Positions 38,911 through 54,683 of a stretch of DNA of 64,000 nucleotides are shown piece after piece (the first letter of the stretch is position 1; the number at the start of each line of letters is the position of its first letter). This DNA comes from Octopus sinensis (taxonomy: Eukaryota), in the NCBI RefSeq assembly GCF_006345805.1, contig NC_043001.1:60264001-60328000 (forward strand), given 5' to 3'. Both the position numbers and the translations under genes were made by a program. The notes under the pieces are model-generated. The model was not told the DNA's origin, made no database searches, and saw nothing but the letters and a program-made list of their open reading frames with translations.

Positions 38911-39973
38911 AACGATTCTGCCATATCGTAATATTATATAATATCCAACATATTGTGACAACGTTATTACATATAAATATACTCATTTATAGAAAGCCTC
39001 ATGCCCGCTGTGAGTAATTTTCATTATTAAGTTTCGGATTGCTTTAACTGTCGAACTTGAAAATATACGAATGTTTTCTGCAAACATTTTGAATTCTAGG
39101 TCTTCAGTAAATAGTACCTTGCGCCACGCCTCATATACCCGGAATAGTTGTTCCCGAACCGACATATTAACGTATTTGAAAAAACAGGTAATTCAAGAAA
39201 TAAGCTGTCTTTTTTATCAGAATGAATTATTTAATGATGGATAAGTATTAAAGGTAAATTTAATTAAGTAGAATTGTTCGTTTTACTATATGACGTATAC
39301 TAGCGCCCTCTTATGTTGTTCTTCATTTCTGATAGTGCATACAAAGGAGAATGAACAGAACAAATGTATACAAATGCAATGACGCCTATCAGAATTTAGT
39401 TTCTAACGAGTAAAGTAAATATAGTAATTTAGAATCACGTATGTAATATTTCTTTTTAGTTCTATCATTTATGCAACATTGAAGAATTTCAGAAATACAT
39501 GAATATTGAGCAATTGAAATAACATATTGCTCCTTGTAGTGTATCACCTATATCACAAACTAATGTGATATATAAATTCCTAGAACTGACGGCTATATAT
39601 TGTTGGAAATTTAGCCGGAAGAATAATTCATTATTTAATACTGTCTGTTATCTCATTTCATATAGGATGAATTACCCATTTCTCACTTTAGAGTAAAAAT
39701 CATACATAACGGCCATACTCTGAATCAATACATATAACTGTAAATGCTTACAGAAGTCTACATTCTTATCTCGTTGCGATACATACCAAACTTACAAGAT
39801 AAAAGACGTACACGCATACATACATGATGCATAAACACATATATACATATATGTATGTATATACATATATACGTATATATATATATATATATGCATATAT
39901 ATACATAGATATATACATATATACATATATATATACTTACATATATATGTGTGTGTATGTGTATACATAAATA

Positions 39974-41150
39974 GAGGGTGATTACAAAGTCTTTAACAGA
40001 TTACAAACGATTATGGAACAAAAGCAGTTTTTGGTATACTTATAGCATCTGCCTAGAGGTTTTTATTCACATAAAATGATATTCAGTAATCTTCAACATA
40101 GGCCTTTTTTGTGGCTCAGAGAACATCTAATCGACAATCAGTTTCAAGTCATGTGTTCTGAAGCATATCCTTTGTTACTGATGAGATTGCTTCAGTAATC
40201 CTGGCCTTTAGAGACTGAAGATCGTGAACTGGTTTAGTTACATTTTGTCCTTGAAATATCCCCCCACACGCCAAAAAAGGAATTTAGTGGGGTAATGTCT
40301 GGTGAATGTTGAGGCCATCGTGTTGGTCCAACTCTCCCAATCCACCTGTTTGGAAAGGTTTTATTCAAAAACTGACGAACACATATACCACACTGTGGAG
40401 GATCCCCATCTTCTTGGAAATTTATAGATAGTTGAATTTCCTCCATCTCAGGTATAGTATAATGTTCCACCATGTCCAGGTAAACGTTTGCTGAAATGGA
40501 GGACTCAGGAAAAAAGAAAGGTCCAATGACCCTGTCATGCATTAGCCAGTACTAAATGTTAACTTTACAGCTGTTTCTTTTGTACTCTACAACAACGTGT
40601 GGGTTATCCGATCCCTATATCTTTACCTTGTGTTTGTTAACTTTACTGATAAGTGAAAAGTTGCCTCGTAGGAAAAGAAAACACGTTGAAGACAGACCTT
40701 GTTCGTATCGATTCTGTTAAGAATTATTTCTTCACCAAAAGCAGCACGCTTGGTAAGATTGAACGATTTGCACTTTGAATGCACGCAGTTTCATGCGTTT
40801 GTGCAAAATATTGAAAAGGGTTGGGTGTGGTACTCCTAGTAGTCTTGAAACTCTACGAGTTGATTTCGTGCAGTTACGTTCCTAAGCAGTACGCACAGCA
40901 CTCAAAATCTCTTCCTTTGCCTGCCAGTTCTTTTCATATCACCAAAGCTACTAATGACTTTGAATTTGTTATACCAGTTTTGGGGGTTTTTAACATATGG
41001 GGGATTTCGGTCGTATACTTTTCTAAAATTTCGTTGAACTGTAATTGCCGACTTAGTTTCATGAAACCACAAAACACATACGGTAGATGCCATTTTGATA
41101 TGTTAACTTTATCTGAAAAAAAAAAAAATGTTATTAACAAATAATGAGAT
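39974..41150 (-). mobile_element. DD41D (rosa/Visitor-type) Tc1/mariner transposon remnant
   Basis: N-terminus CVLWFHETKSAITVQRNF..RTGR; catalytic FQEDG..RWIGR..WPQHSPDITPL(N); 41 residues counted between the 2nd and 3rd acidic positions; TIR-like gagggtgattacaaagtc at 39974. Confidence 0.85.
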
Positions 41151-42250
41151 AGCACATGTCAACAATCAATTATGAAATTTTAGACTTCAGTTTTGTAAAC
41201 TTCAACAACGAAAATTTTAAATTTGAAATAGCAACAAATATATATATGTACACTCACTGTGTTTTGTTTCAGAATGATAAGTCAAGACGTAGTAAATAAA
41301 ATAAACAACGTATTTTTGAAGCTGCCATATAATATAAATTCCCTCAATCTAAAATTGTATCTCTTACATCACAAGAAGATAATCTATTTACCAGTAACAT
41401 CTTTGGGTAGTTGCAGTGATCTGTTTGCCTGCAACTAAGAAATTATTATATCATCTTCTATTTTACTTTATTTTACATAGTGTTCGTATATCTACACTGA
41501 TGTTGAAGGTGTTATTGTTATTTGATAATTTTGTTCGTAAAATGTTTAGCTGCTCTTATTAGAGTTGTTATCATTGCTATCCAATTAAAACTTCAATTCT
41601 CCATAACTTTACTCAAAGAAAAACTATGTTTAATATTACTTTGTTTGTGTTTTTAAGATTTGTACTTTTATTTGTTTTGATAGTCTTTCATTTCAAGATA
41701 TCCACAAGCCATGAAATGGAATTTTCATATTCCATTAAGCTGAAACAAAATTAACTGTAAACTTTAAGAAATATATCTACAAGTTTTGTTGCTATTTTTA
41801 TTCTCCAATTCACATGTTTATTTCCCCTCACTACTGTTTTAAAACTTATAGGATGAGATAAAGTTGAATTTATTGTTATATTTTCAAAATTCAATTTCAT
41901 ATTCTGGTCTCTTAAATTTTCTTACTTTAGTGTAATTCTATTATATTTTATTTTTATTCTTATAATCTGGGAAATTTTTATACTTCAATATTATTTCCAA
42001 ATATATTAAAGGAGAAATATGCGAGCTAAACGAAAAAAAAAATATATATATTGCAGCAAAATTTATAATTAGTATGTCAAAGGTAGAGTCACCCTAAAAT
42101 TGTTTAAAGCTTCTTTGATTTCACCCAAAGTTACTGCACACACGCACAAATATAACACATATAAACATACATTTATATATGCATATATATATATATATAT
42201 GTATACATAGGCACACACAAACGCACACACACACACACGCACACAGGTAT

Positions 42251-42321
<71 letters not shown>

Positions 42322-42880
42322 TTTGAAATATCAGCAAGGCCATTTTATGGTTGCCGAAAGAAATAGAGTTATATGTATAAGAAAAACATTCTATTTCAGT
42401 GATATCGTCGAAGAACTATCCACGTACTACTACTTGGCTTTCGGGATATTTTTAACATGTAATATTTCGTAAAAAGCAATTTTATATTCTTCGCACTTGT
42501 TGTAATAACCTTTCATTGTTGTGTACAGATGATATTACTTGCTTATCACTGGCTTGAAAATATCACCAAAACTCACAAAGCCATTTACAAACCATATGAA
42601 GTGAAACATTAAATGTATTACTACATTTTCTAAAATATATTTGTAAATTAATGTTATTGCAATGCATAAAACATATTTAGCCAGTATGTTGCTTGACATG
42701 TAGCTTCTCTCTACACAACAGTGACTTTATGAAAGCGGCTGGAAAAGGGAAGAATTATTACTGGTGGGGAAAATTAAATCAACAAATACAAACATATGCA
42801 ACGAAAACCGTAGAAAAGAACATAACAGTAATACAAGCAATATTCAATTTGGAAGTCGATTTCAAACGTCACTGTAGGAT

Positions 42881-44540
42881 TACGTGGATCGGCTGAGTTC
42901 ATTGCCTCGAGGTATATTTTTCAACATAAACTCGACCCCCAGCCCTTGCAGCCCACGCAATTCTTTTATCGGAGTTGCACTGCTTGGAGAGATTTCTTGA
43001 ATATTTCACTGTTTGGATACGATTGGTGGAGAAGCTTTGATCCTTTTAGTAAAAATGTAAAGAGTAGCAGATATGACATCATCATCACAGCACTGCTGAT
43101 TTCTCGCCACGAGATAGTCAGATGAAGAGAAATGAGGACAATAGTGAGGGCGCTCAATCTGTTCAAAATTATTCACGCACAGCAACAATTGAAACGAAGT
43201 ACTTGTGTGCTGGAGCATTGTCGTGATGAATCAAGATCGCTTTTCTAAGTTTTCCTAAGCGTTTGGTCTTGACAGCCTTTCGTATGTTCCTCAGTAAGTT
43301 GGCATAGTACTCTCCATTGATAGTGTTGTCATTTTTAAACATTATCCATAAATATTATGCTTCTGCATCCGAAAAAATCTGTGGACCTCACCTTCCTTGC
43401 AGATGAAATAAACTTGGTCTTCTGTGGAGTAGGCGGGGAGCGGTGTTTCTATTTCATGGATTGTCTCTGACTCAAAGTGATGAATCCAACACTCATTGTG
43501 GGTTAAGAAATGATCAAGGAAAGCAACTGAAAACAATTTCAGATTTTCCTATGGTGTGATCAGCCTGGTGTACTTTTGATAACGTGTTAGAAGACGTTGA
43601 CCCCACCGAGGAGTGGCATTTGAGTTGCCAAGTTCATTATTCAGGATATTCTCAACAATCTCACGGGATCTACTAATAGACTAGCTACGTAATTTACAGT
43701 CACTCGCATGTCATCTACTACTATGTGTCGAAGACGATCAATATTTTCCTCGGTGGAGGCAGTTTCCTGAGTCCCAGATTTTGGGTCATCTTCAAGACTA
43801 TCCGTTCCCTTCCTAAATTTTACTGCCCACTTTCGCACTGTTGATAAAGCTAGAGCGTCATCATCTAATGTAACAACCATGTCAGCATGAATTCCTTGGG
43901 GGTTAATCACTTTTTCTACAGATACGCGATAATATCACGATACTGAACTTTGACTATATTCAAGACATGTGGTGACTAGTTCGCTTTGAAATCTTCTATG
44001 AACAGTGAAATGTCAATTTACCTGTAAAATATACAATGCAGTTATTTTGAAGAAGTGAGGTAAATAATGCATGCAGGTTTATACAACTCTGGCATCACTC
44101 CTTCATAGTTAGCCTATGAACTTTTCATGTGGAGGTGCAATGGCCCAGTGGTTAGGGCAGCGGACTCGCGGTCATAGGATCGCGCTTTCGATTCCCAGAC
44201 CGGGCGTTGCGAGTGTTTATTGAGCGAAAACACCTAAAGCTCCACGAGGCTCCGGCAGGGGATGGTGGTGATCCCTGCTGTACTCTTTCATCACAACTTT
44301 CTCTCAGTCTTACTTCCTGTTTCTGTTGTACCTGTATTTCAAAGGGCCGGCCTTGCCACTCTCTTTGTCACGCTGAATATCCCCGAGAACTACGTTAAGG
44401 GTACACGTGTCTGTGGAATGCTCAGCCACTTACACGTTAATTTCACGAGCAGGCTGTTCCGTTGATTCGGATCAACCGGAACCCTCGTCGTCGTAACCGA
44501 CGGAGTGCTTCCCTCCATGAACTTTTCAACTCACTCTAGC
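42881..44540 (-). mobile_element. Mariner transposon, decayed, with a SINE inserted in its 5' TIR region
   Basis: IHADMVVTLDDDALALSTVRKWAVKFRKG..LEDDPKSG; FLTHNECWIHHFESET; degenerate TIRs near 42881 and 44519-44540. Confidence 0.85.
44128..44516 (+). mobile_element. Full-length tRNA-derived SINE with 12-bp target-site duplication
   Basis: A box TGGCCCAGTGG, degenerate B box tttcgattccc; ATGAACTTTTCA at 44116-44127 and 44517-44528. Confidence 0.92.
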
Positions 44541-45804
44541 AATGCTTTTGTCACCAATCTATTAATCGTATCGACTCTGGGACTCTTGGAATATCAAAAT
44601 AGTTTCATATTTATTATATATATATATACATCAAGCCAACATTTCTATGCATTTTTATAGCATTATGATCTGTTGACTTACACATACGCGCACACACATA
44701 CACACACACACACATATATGTATATATGTATAAAAAATATATATAAAAATACAAAATGGGACAAGAACGCAAAACATTCAAATAGACGACACAAAAAACG
44801 GACGGGTCATTCGAAGCCTCTAATCTTCAGTCAAGAACCGGATCATCCTCGCAATTTCAGCTGATTATATATGGATGTGTACGTGTATGCATACGTGTGC
44901 GTGTGTGTGTGTGTATGCGTTTGTTTGCGCGCGCGCGCGGGTGTGTGTTTACATACATATACACAACAATAGTTATCATTCTTTACAGAATACCCTCACA
45001 AAGGTAAATCAACAAGACTTTATTTTTTGCACTACCTATATAGTTTGAACTATGCGTTGAAATAACTGAAACTTATTAATGTTCCATCCCACCCAGTGTA
45101 ATATTTGTGGCGGTGGAAGAGTGATAGATAAAAAAGTTCCACAAGATAATGTCTGTAGTATGAGATCAAAATTACGTAAAAAAAAAAGAAACCCTAATGA
45201 TTTATTAAAGCAAGTTCGACACATAGTCCGCTCAACCTACGTTAAATGACATATAATTTCGTCTATCGTAAATATGTTGAGCATTAAGCTATAAAATATT
45301 ATTTTTCGACTTTTGTATTTGGGTGGAGACTAAATGTTGTCTCTTGGAAAATGTAGGGAAGGAAAGAAGAAAATATCAGTGGAGGTCAGACAGATATCCG
45401 TTAGTTCATTTGCTATAAGCCATAACAGTCTAGTTCAGCTTCATAAATTTTTAAGTAATTCGATTTATTAATAGCAAAGAGTTTCTCCCGCATTCTACTT
45501 TTATCAGTAATATCGGGCAGGTCATCTAAAGGTCAATTCCATAATGGTTATGCAGATTATACTTTATTTGCTGCTCCGCCAACAAACCACTGTAGCTTAA
45601 ACAATGCTGGCGTTGACCATGATGTAGTACTTGAAGAGAAAAGAGTGGTCTAAACATATTATGCTTACGTGAGTACACATTGCTCACAAATCAGTATTTA
45701 GTAATATATGGTTGCCATTCTATTATGACTAAATACTTGAGTATTCATCTACAATATGTGTCTATGTGTTTGTTTAAGTGTGTGTATGTACAAATATATA
45801 TATG

Positions 45805-45867
<63 letters not shown>

Positions 45868-46007
45868 TATATATAATATATATATATATAAAAGGCTAGA
45901 AGTGGTGTGTAATAATCTTCATAATTGTCTATGAAATCTATGTAATAATGTAATATTCCAAACTATACACCACATATATTTATATATACACGCACACACA
46001 CACACAC

Positions 46008-46065
<58 letters not shown>

Positions 46066-46086
46066 ATATATATATATATATTATAT

Positions 46087-46119
<33 letters not shown>

Positions 46120-46331
46120 ATTAATTAATAAGAGTGAGAGAATTAGATACTATATCTATTCAACACCAAGTGGCCCAGTGCTACGAGAAACCTGGATTAT
46201 TATAATATTTTATATATATATTATAATATTTTATACAAAAATAAATATAAGAGAATGGTCACTATGTGGCTCATTATTATATATATATTATATATATATA
46301 TATATATTATTATATATATTATATATATATA

Positions 46332-46373
<42 letters not shown>

Positions 46374-46384
46374 TATATATATAT

Positions 46385-46729
46385 GTGAAGGCGCATGGCT
46401 CAGTGGTTAGAGCGTCGAGCTTACGATCGTGAGGTTGTGAGCTCGAATCCCGGACCGGGCTGCGTGTTGTGTTCTTGAGCAAGACACTTTATTTCACGTT
46501 GCTCCAGTTCACTCAGCTGTAGAAATGAGTTGCGACGTCACAGGTGCCAAGCTGTATCGACCTTTGTCTTTCCCTTGGATAACACTGGTGGCGTGGAGAG
46601 GGGAGGCCGGTATGCATGGGCGACTACTGGTCTTCCATAAAAAAAAACAACCTTGCCCAGACTTGTGCCTCAGAGGGTAACTCTCTAGGTGCAAACCCAT
46701 GGTCACTCATGACCGAAGGGGGTCTTTAC

Positions 46730-46733
<4 letters not shown>
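46385..46733 (+). mobile_element. Full-length tRNA-derived SINE with CORE-like central domain, in (TA)n
   Basis: A box TGGCTCAGTGG, B box gctcgaatccc, then tgtgttcttgagcaagacactttat..ctcagctgtagaaatgag. Confidence 0.88.
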
Positions 46734-46774
<41 letters not shown>

Positions 46775-46805
46775 ATATTATATTATATATATATATTATA
46801 TATAT

Positions 46806-46850
<45 letters not shown>

Positions 46851-47717
46851 CGTATATATGCCTGTATGTATGTACGCGTGTGTGCTTGTTTGTTCGTGTG
46901 TATACCCTTATTAACACGTTAGTATGATATGTAAATCAATTCAAGCTATAACTGTCACATCACTGAAACATTCATACAAAGAAAAATCTAGTATTAATAC
47001 ATACTACAAAGAATAAGAGACGAAATCAATAAATACCATGCCTCTATATCCACAGTTTACGCAGGTAGAGTAGAATAGTTAGTGGATTGTTAGGTAGATA
47101 GATATATGTATGTATATGGGTATGAGTGTGTGTGTGTATGCACTTTTTTTTATTTCTATATGTAAGCATATAGATATGTAATGAAACAGATCAATATACA
47201 GACGGATAGGTATATAGACTATATGAACAGACACATAAGGAGACACGGATTCACACATATAAAGATGCACATCCATACATACAAACATGGTACATAGTTG
47301 CTTAACACACACACACACAGAAATGCACACACAAGGAGACAGAGGTGCATACATATACAAACACATGCTGAACACATACATAGAAAATACACAAAGACGG
47401 ACATGCAAGCACATAAATTTGCAGGATACGTACATACAGATGCACACACACACATATGTACATACATACACATGCAAACACACACATACATACATACGTA
47501 CATGCATGCATGTATAGGCACACACACATACACACACACATGCGCACAGACAAACAAAAGGGAATGTAGTGTAAATAACGGAGAGAGTCAAAACTGTTGA
47601 AAAGATTGGTACACGCAACGAAAATTTTAGGACAAAAAAAGAAAAACGTGGAAATTTCCGGTGAGTTTGTTACATAATAAGGCACAAAAAGAAAATGACT
47701 CTTCTCAGACACAATAG

Positions 47718-47753
<36 letters not shown>

Positions 47754-47821
47754 TATATACATACATACATGCATACACACACACATATATATATATATAT
47801 GTACATACATACATACATACA

Positions 47822-47857
<36 letters not shown>

Positions 47858-47889
47858 TATATATGTGTGTGTGTGTGAGTGTGTATAAT

Positions 47890-48120
47890 TTCAAATTAAT
47901 AATAATAGGGTAAAATTAATCAATTAAATTCCTTAATTAATCAATCAATTAATTATCAATTTTAGCAAGTAGATCGGTACATTAAAATAACGTTTATAGG
48001 CAAAATTAAACAAATAGTCTATAATTATAAACATAATTATAATTAGGGGTGCGCTATTTGCTTCACCACATACCAAATTTAGAAACAGGAGTTAAAAATT
48101 CCTTTTTGTAGAAGAAAAAA
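47890..48120 (-). mobile_element. Fragment of the same non-coding superfamily as the 550-bp HHR unit (no HHR retained)
   Basis: agggtaaaattaatcaatt..caagtagat..caccacataccaaatttagaaacagg parallels 22058-22210 and 24670-24820. Confidence 0.6.
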
Positions 48121-48181
48121 GCACTTTTTTATCTCAAAACGCCGCTGTGGCTAATCGGAGTCGTGTTGATTCATTGTTTCC

Positions 48182-48752
<571 letters not shown>

Positions 48753-48799
48753 AACGTCGAAAAATACCTTAGGAGATTTTATAGACAAACTGAAATATA

Positions 48800-49822
48800 C
48801 TATCGTGCAAAGCTGTAATTGAGACGAAACATCGGTGTGCTGGAGAACAGTTCTGATGAAATAAGATCCCTTTCGTAAGATTTTTCTGGGTGTTTGGTCT
48901 TGATAGTCTCATGTACCTGTCTCAGCGAGATGGCTTAGTACGCTTTATGGATGGGGTGGCCGTTTGAAGATAATCAATAAACACAATGACTTTTGCATGC
49001 CAAAACATTGAATCTATCAGGTTCCCTGTAGAACGAACGAACTAGATCTTGTTTATTGTATTCTTTTCTCTGCACCACAGTTGTTAACCCAAGATTCATC
49101 CTGAGTTATTTCAGATTTTACTCTGATGTGATCAGCTTGCTACACTTTTGATCACATGCCAGAAGACGTATCACCCATCTTCGTCATTCCAAGTTCACCG
49201 TGCAGAATATTCTCAACTCCTTCACTAAATATGCTAATGTTATTGTTATTGGCTAGGCTAATTGCACTAGCTTCAATCAATCGCCTGTCATCCATTAGCA
49301 TGTGTTGAACACGATCAATCTTTTCCTCGGTGGCAGCAGTTGCCGGAGGTCCAGCATATTCGCAAATCTCTTATTAGATATGCTAATGGCATTGGCTGTT
49401 TGGTTTACAGTAAATGGCTTGTCATCCGTCTGCATGTGTGAACACCATCAATGTTTTTCTCCATGGTGGCAGTTGCAGGATATCGAAATTTTAGGTCGTC
49501 TTCAAGACTTTTCCTCACTTCCTAAGTGCAGTCACCCAATTTTGCACTGTTTATAAAGCTGGAGTGGCAACACTTGATGTAGCAAGCATGTCAGCCTGAA
49601 TGTCCTTGGCGGCTAAACCCCTTTTCTGCAGGTACTTGATAACACCATGACGCGAAATTTTCTCTGTTTTCATGAGAATTCGCAACTAGTAAATTCTGAA
49701 GTCTTCTTTGATCAGTCATATATCGAAAGAAACAATGCAGTTATTAATAAGAAATTAATGGATAGAAATTAATGCTTGCAAGATTTCAAAGACGGTTTAA
49801 GTCATTTTCAGCCACCTTCGTA
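48800..49822 (-). mobile_element. Mariner remnant related to 42881-44540, with a duplicated N-terminal segment
   Basis: RHGVIKYLQKRGL..DIQADM..VQNW..SLEDD..PATA; TIR ttttcagccaccttcg|TA at 49822; the PATAATEE/PATATMEK segment occurs twice (~49320, ~49450). Confidence 0.8.
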
Positions 49823-50255
49823 TTATCTATTTTCTATCTAAATGTATGCTCACATGCATATACACACGCGCACACACACGCACACGTACGCACGTACAAA
49901 TACACACAGATATGCACACACACACAAACATAAAATATGCATAGTGCAATCGGTGTTTGTGGCCTATACGGCAATTACGACATCCACTAGTATTATGAGA
50001 AAGGATTTCTCCTGCACAATGTTATCTAAAATCGAAATAACTACATACAACACTACTAAAAGCAATGCTGTTCGTAACAGCGTGCGCTTAATTATTTAGT
50101 GCCGTATTTCTTTTCTTGTAGAATAATATTCATAACTACTTAGCATCGGAGAATAATCCCTGGAATAATCCAGTAAACAAGACTTGTTGTTGAAAAAACA
50201 AAACAAATATAACTAGCACAATGATACAGAACTTTTTGCACGTTTTTTTAAGTTG

Positions 50256-50305
<50 letters not shown>

Positions 50306-50361
50306 TATGTATATATATATATATACGCATGTATATATATATGTATGTATATATATGTATA

Positions 50362-50416
<55 letters not shown>

Positions 50417-52211
50417 AGTTTGCTTTTATGTATGCACCCGACAGATTTTAAACGAGAGCGAAACAGAATAAGAACTAATATTCTGTAGCATTTGAACATA
50501 TCTTTTTATATTACAAGTTTATATATCATTTTATATGTTTATTACTATTTCCTGACTTGAATGTTAATATTATTCATTTTTAAACCATACATCACACCAT
50601 AAATTCTTTTTCTTTGAGACAACAATTTCTCTTTGCACATTGCCAGTAAGCTTTGCTGTCCTCCCTTATTTAATCCAAAATATCTTATATGTTTCCCTTC
50701 TCTTTCCTTCTGTGGTCTTTCTGTCGCAATAAATTAAGATATTTCTAAATGGCGTCGACATTCCTTTTGGAAAGTATCGAATGGATTTCGGAAAAATTGC
50801 ACTCTCAATAAAACATATAAAAGGAGCAAACATAGAAGGCACGTACCTATGACAGAATCACTGTTTCGCTTCCTTTTCTCTCATTCTTCTCTCTTTATCC
50901 CTGTACCTCCTTTTATGTCTCGCGTTCTTACACATTTCTTTCACATTCTCAAGCCAAAATAATTCAAGATAACACTTAATGCGCAGTAACCTGTCAAAAA
51001 CAAAAGCAAACGCGGAATGGAAACCGAAGTTAAAAGATAAATAATAAAAATACGTATAACCCAAAAGTCATTGCAAAAGAATACATATGGACAGGTGAAG
51101 GCTGAAGCTGTTTTCGAAGGAACAAGATTTATATAGCGTCCACATCAACAGTGGTATTATGAGCAAATTATTTCTGGTGGTGACCATTTTAGTGTTTGCA
51201 GTTTATGCCACTTGCATAAATTCTGAGATAACTGACAATTATTTTGTTTTGATTTGTTACCGTGCAGTTTTTCTTTCGTTTATATATTAGCGTTCAGTTT
51301 TAAATAATAAAACCCGTTGAATCACGCGTATTCTTAAAAAAAATGTCGATTGGGAGAATGTACTTATGACTTTTCTCCTGTTGCTCACAATGTAACGATT
51401 GCTGAATAGAATAAAAACAATGCACTTTAAGCATTTGATATTTTAATATCATTATTCAAATATAGAACTGACTTCTGCAAATTTTTCGTCAAACAAATCC
51501 CACACACAGTGCATTGGTTATTTCAATGTTGTAGAAAATATCGACCGAAAAGCAAGGATCAAGTTTGAAACTTGGGCCATGTGTTTGTGAATAGAAGTTA
51601 ATGATTGAACAGTTATGCCAGTATCTACGTTCACATATTGCTGTGTATGTTTCTCTACTTTTGTGAACGCTTCATGTAACTTGTTTTTGCTTATTTATAT
51701 GTGTGCGTCTATGCATTTTATTTCGTATTCGTGATATGGATATGCAAATCGAATTTGATTTTTTTTCTCAAAAAGAAACGAGAATCTATTATCTTTCAAT
51801 CCAACTGCAATATTCACACATTTTGAGTAAAATAATTTGATATTTTCAATATATTCTAAACAATTTTCAGGTTTTCCTTGGCATTGCGATTGTGTTTTTT
51901 TATACATCTTTTGGTTTCTTTGGTAGTAAATTATGCGAAGGTATGTATAAAGATAAATATTTCTCTCACGTTTTACTTATGTCATTCCTTCCTTCATTTA
52001 TTTATACTCAAATGGTTTACTCCTATATTTTGCCTTTATATGTTGGGTATAGAATAATTTAGTTTTGTGTTAAATCATAAATGAAAGTTAGGTAATTTCA
52101 CATAAAATGTAATGGAATAATATATATTTTTGAGAGAGTATAAATGTTATTTAAATGATCAATTATATGAATGTTTAAAAAGTTTCAAACATACCACCGT
52201 ATGTATATATA

Positions 52212-52242
<31 letters not shown>

Positions 52243-53641
52243 AATATGCTAAATCACATGCATACACATACATGCATACACACACATACACACATGCATA
52301 GCCACAATGATATGCAGGTGTAGAAAAACAAACTGAGCACAGATACATAGGTTTTCATTCAAGAATTCTAAACCGAAAGATAACATTTCTTTGGCTCATC
52401 TTTAACATTTAGATGATTGAATATATGAGCCGGTGGGACAGCAGTAAATATTAGGATAATATAAGAATTAAATTATATTCCTGATAAGAATAGTTGCGAT
52501 ATTAAGCAGTAAATTTCCAAAATTGAATACAGTGTGGTTGGATTTGTGACATGTTGAAATAAAATTTCCAGTTTTGAACGGGTGTGCTCTGATGAATAAT
52601 ACTCAGATTTGTTTCATATCATGTTCTATAACCATTCCCTTTTTTTAAAACGAGCTATTGTGTCCACATAATTTACACTTATTTCTTTTAGTTACTTATT
52701 TATTAACAACATAGCTAAAAGTGATAATATTCACAGTAGATAATAAAATTATGGACTGAGTTTTAAGCTTAGGCGATTTTATAAGTAACGCTTCTCCAAA
52801 CGCATCTATATCGTAATATTCTAATGTGTAGCTTTAGCAAGATCCATAATGGATATGGTGACTTATATAGTTGTTTCTTTCATGTAAGTTATATTCTCTC
52901 TTAATTTATTCAATTCATTATTACGTAGTCTAACATGCAAGGCATATATGATGTATTCAGTTACAGATCTCACACACCGTGTATACTGTTTGTGAAATAC
53001 ATGTTATGCATAAGAAGACAACGGTTATACAACAGGAAAATATTTTTTTAACAACATCCAGTTTTATAGACGTTAGATAATTCATACTAACCACTTTCTT
53101 TAATTAGTTTGTGAAATATTTGCTGATTTTATGGCGTTTAGTTTTCTGAGAGTAAGCTAAACCATCATAGTGTTTCTTAAAAATCAATTCAAATTTACTT
53201 AATACTGAAAATATTACATTTTCTACACGTGACCTCTTTTAGTTTGTTTCATAAAAGTAAACATATTTTGTAAAAATACAAATGACTATTATTTCTAGCG
53301 GTTTAGCCTGTATCATTAACGAGGCCAAGAAAGGTCGAAATCGCGTGAGCTAGTGGGTGCTAGAGACGACGGAGATTCGGCTCCCCGTTAGCATTATAAA
53401 GTTGAGTACATTTTGCACCAAAAGCCAATATGAGATTTTATCTCGAAATAGTTCGTTTTAACATAAAATCTACGTTTAGGAAGGAATATTTTCAGAAAAT
53501 ATCACCTGTGTATAAAAAAAAACTGATATCTCCAGTTCAAGAAATATCTTACATACTGGATCTTTCGCTTTCTTCGAGATTTTGCAAATTGTAAAAGATG
53601 AAAAAAATGCACCAAAGGGTTGCGTAACATGTCATATATTT

Positions 53642-54065
53642 AGGTAATTGAGTGACTGTGTGGTAAGTAGCTTGTTTACCAGCCACATGGTCATGGGTTC
53701 AGTCCCACTGCCCGGCAACTTGGGTAAGTATCTTCTACTATAGCCTCAAGCCGACCAAAGCCTTGTGAGTGGATTTGGTAGACGGAAACTGGAAGAAGCC
53801 CGTCGTATATGCATATATATATATGTGTGTGTGTGTGTGTATGTGTGTGTGTGTGTATGTTTGTATGTCTGTGTTTGTCCCCCCCCAAAACATCACTTGA
53901 CAACCAATACTGGTGTGTTTATGTCCCCGTATCTTAGCGGTTCGGCAAATGAGACCGATAGAATAAATACCAGGCTTACAAAGAATAAGCTCTGGGGACG
54001 ATTTGCTCGACTGAAGGCGGTGCTCCAGCATGGCCGCAGTCAAATGACTGAAACAAGTAAGAAAA
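53642..54065 (+). mobile_element. tRNA-derived SINE with internal (TA)/(TG) microsatellite
   Basis: Head gtgtggtaagtagcttg..gggttcagtcccac; tail shared with 4104-4176. Confidence 0.85.
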
Positions 54066-54683
54066 AATAATAATACCACCAGATGGACAGCCAGTTCGTA
54101 GTAGAATTAATGTGGATTATGGGAATGAAACAATATTTTCGACATTTTTCACAAGCGAAATCTATTTAATGTGAGTCTGTGTCTGTGTGCGCGCCTGTGT
54201 GTGTTTGTATGTGTGAGAGAGAGAGATTGAGAGAAAGATAGATGAGAGAGAGAATGAGAGATGAGAGAGAGTTTTTAGATAGTTGTGGTGATGTCATTTG
54301 TGAGTGTGTTGAAAAATATAGATGGATCCATAACAAAATACATAAGGAAACATGCACTAAAGCATTATGATGAATTATTTTGGGATTTAGTTTTGATATC
54401 TTCCACACCTACGTCTAGTGTGTTATTTTGCTTGTGTAATGTATATCATTGTTATTTCAATTGTGTGTAATGCATACATCACGCATGATTACGCTTGTAT
54501 ATCAGTACCGTATTGCACATGCAATGTAACAACCATAACCTACAAAAGTTATTGCGTCTACATATTTCTACTTTGATAAAACGTAAATTTGTTCAAATAG
54601 TGCTCTTTGAACAAAGTTCAATTGAAAAAGAAATAAAGTATTTCCTTTTATTTTATTTTGTTTCTTTTCATCCTACTCACCAG

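Noticed and set aside
51159-51290. Signal-peptide-like 43-aa ORF MSKLFLVVTILVFAVYA.. after a TATA-like motif
   Set aside because: T-rich DNA gives hydrophobic peptides by chance; no convincing donor or mature region.
53315-53395. CpG-rich patch with TTAACGA-ggcc/ggtc-GAAA-tcgcg
   Set aside because: Core is mutated and no stem I was found; could equally be regulatory or chance.
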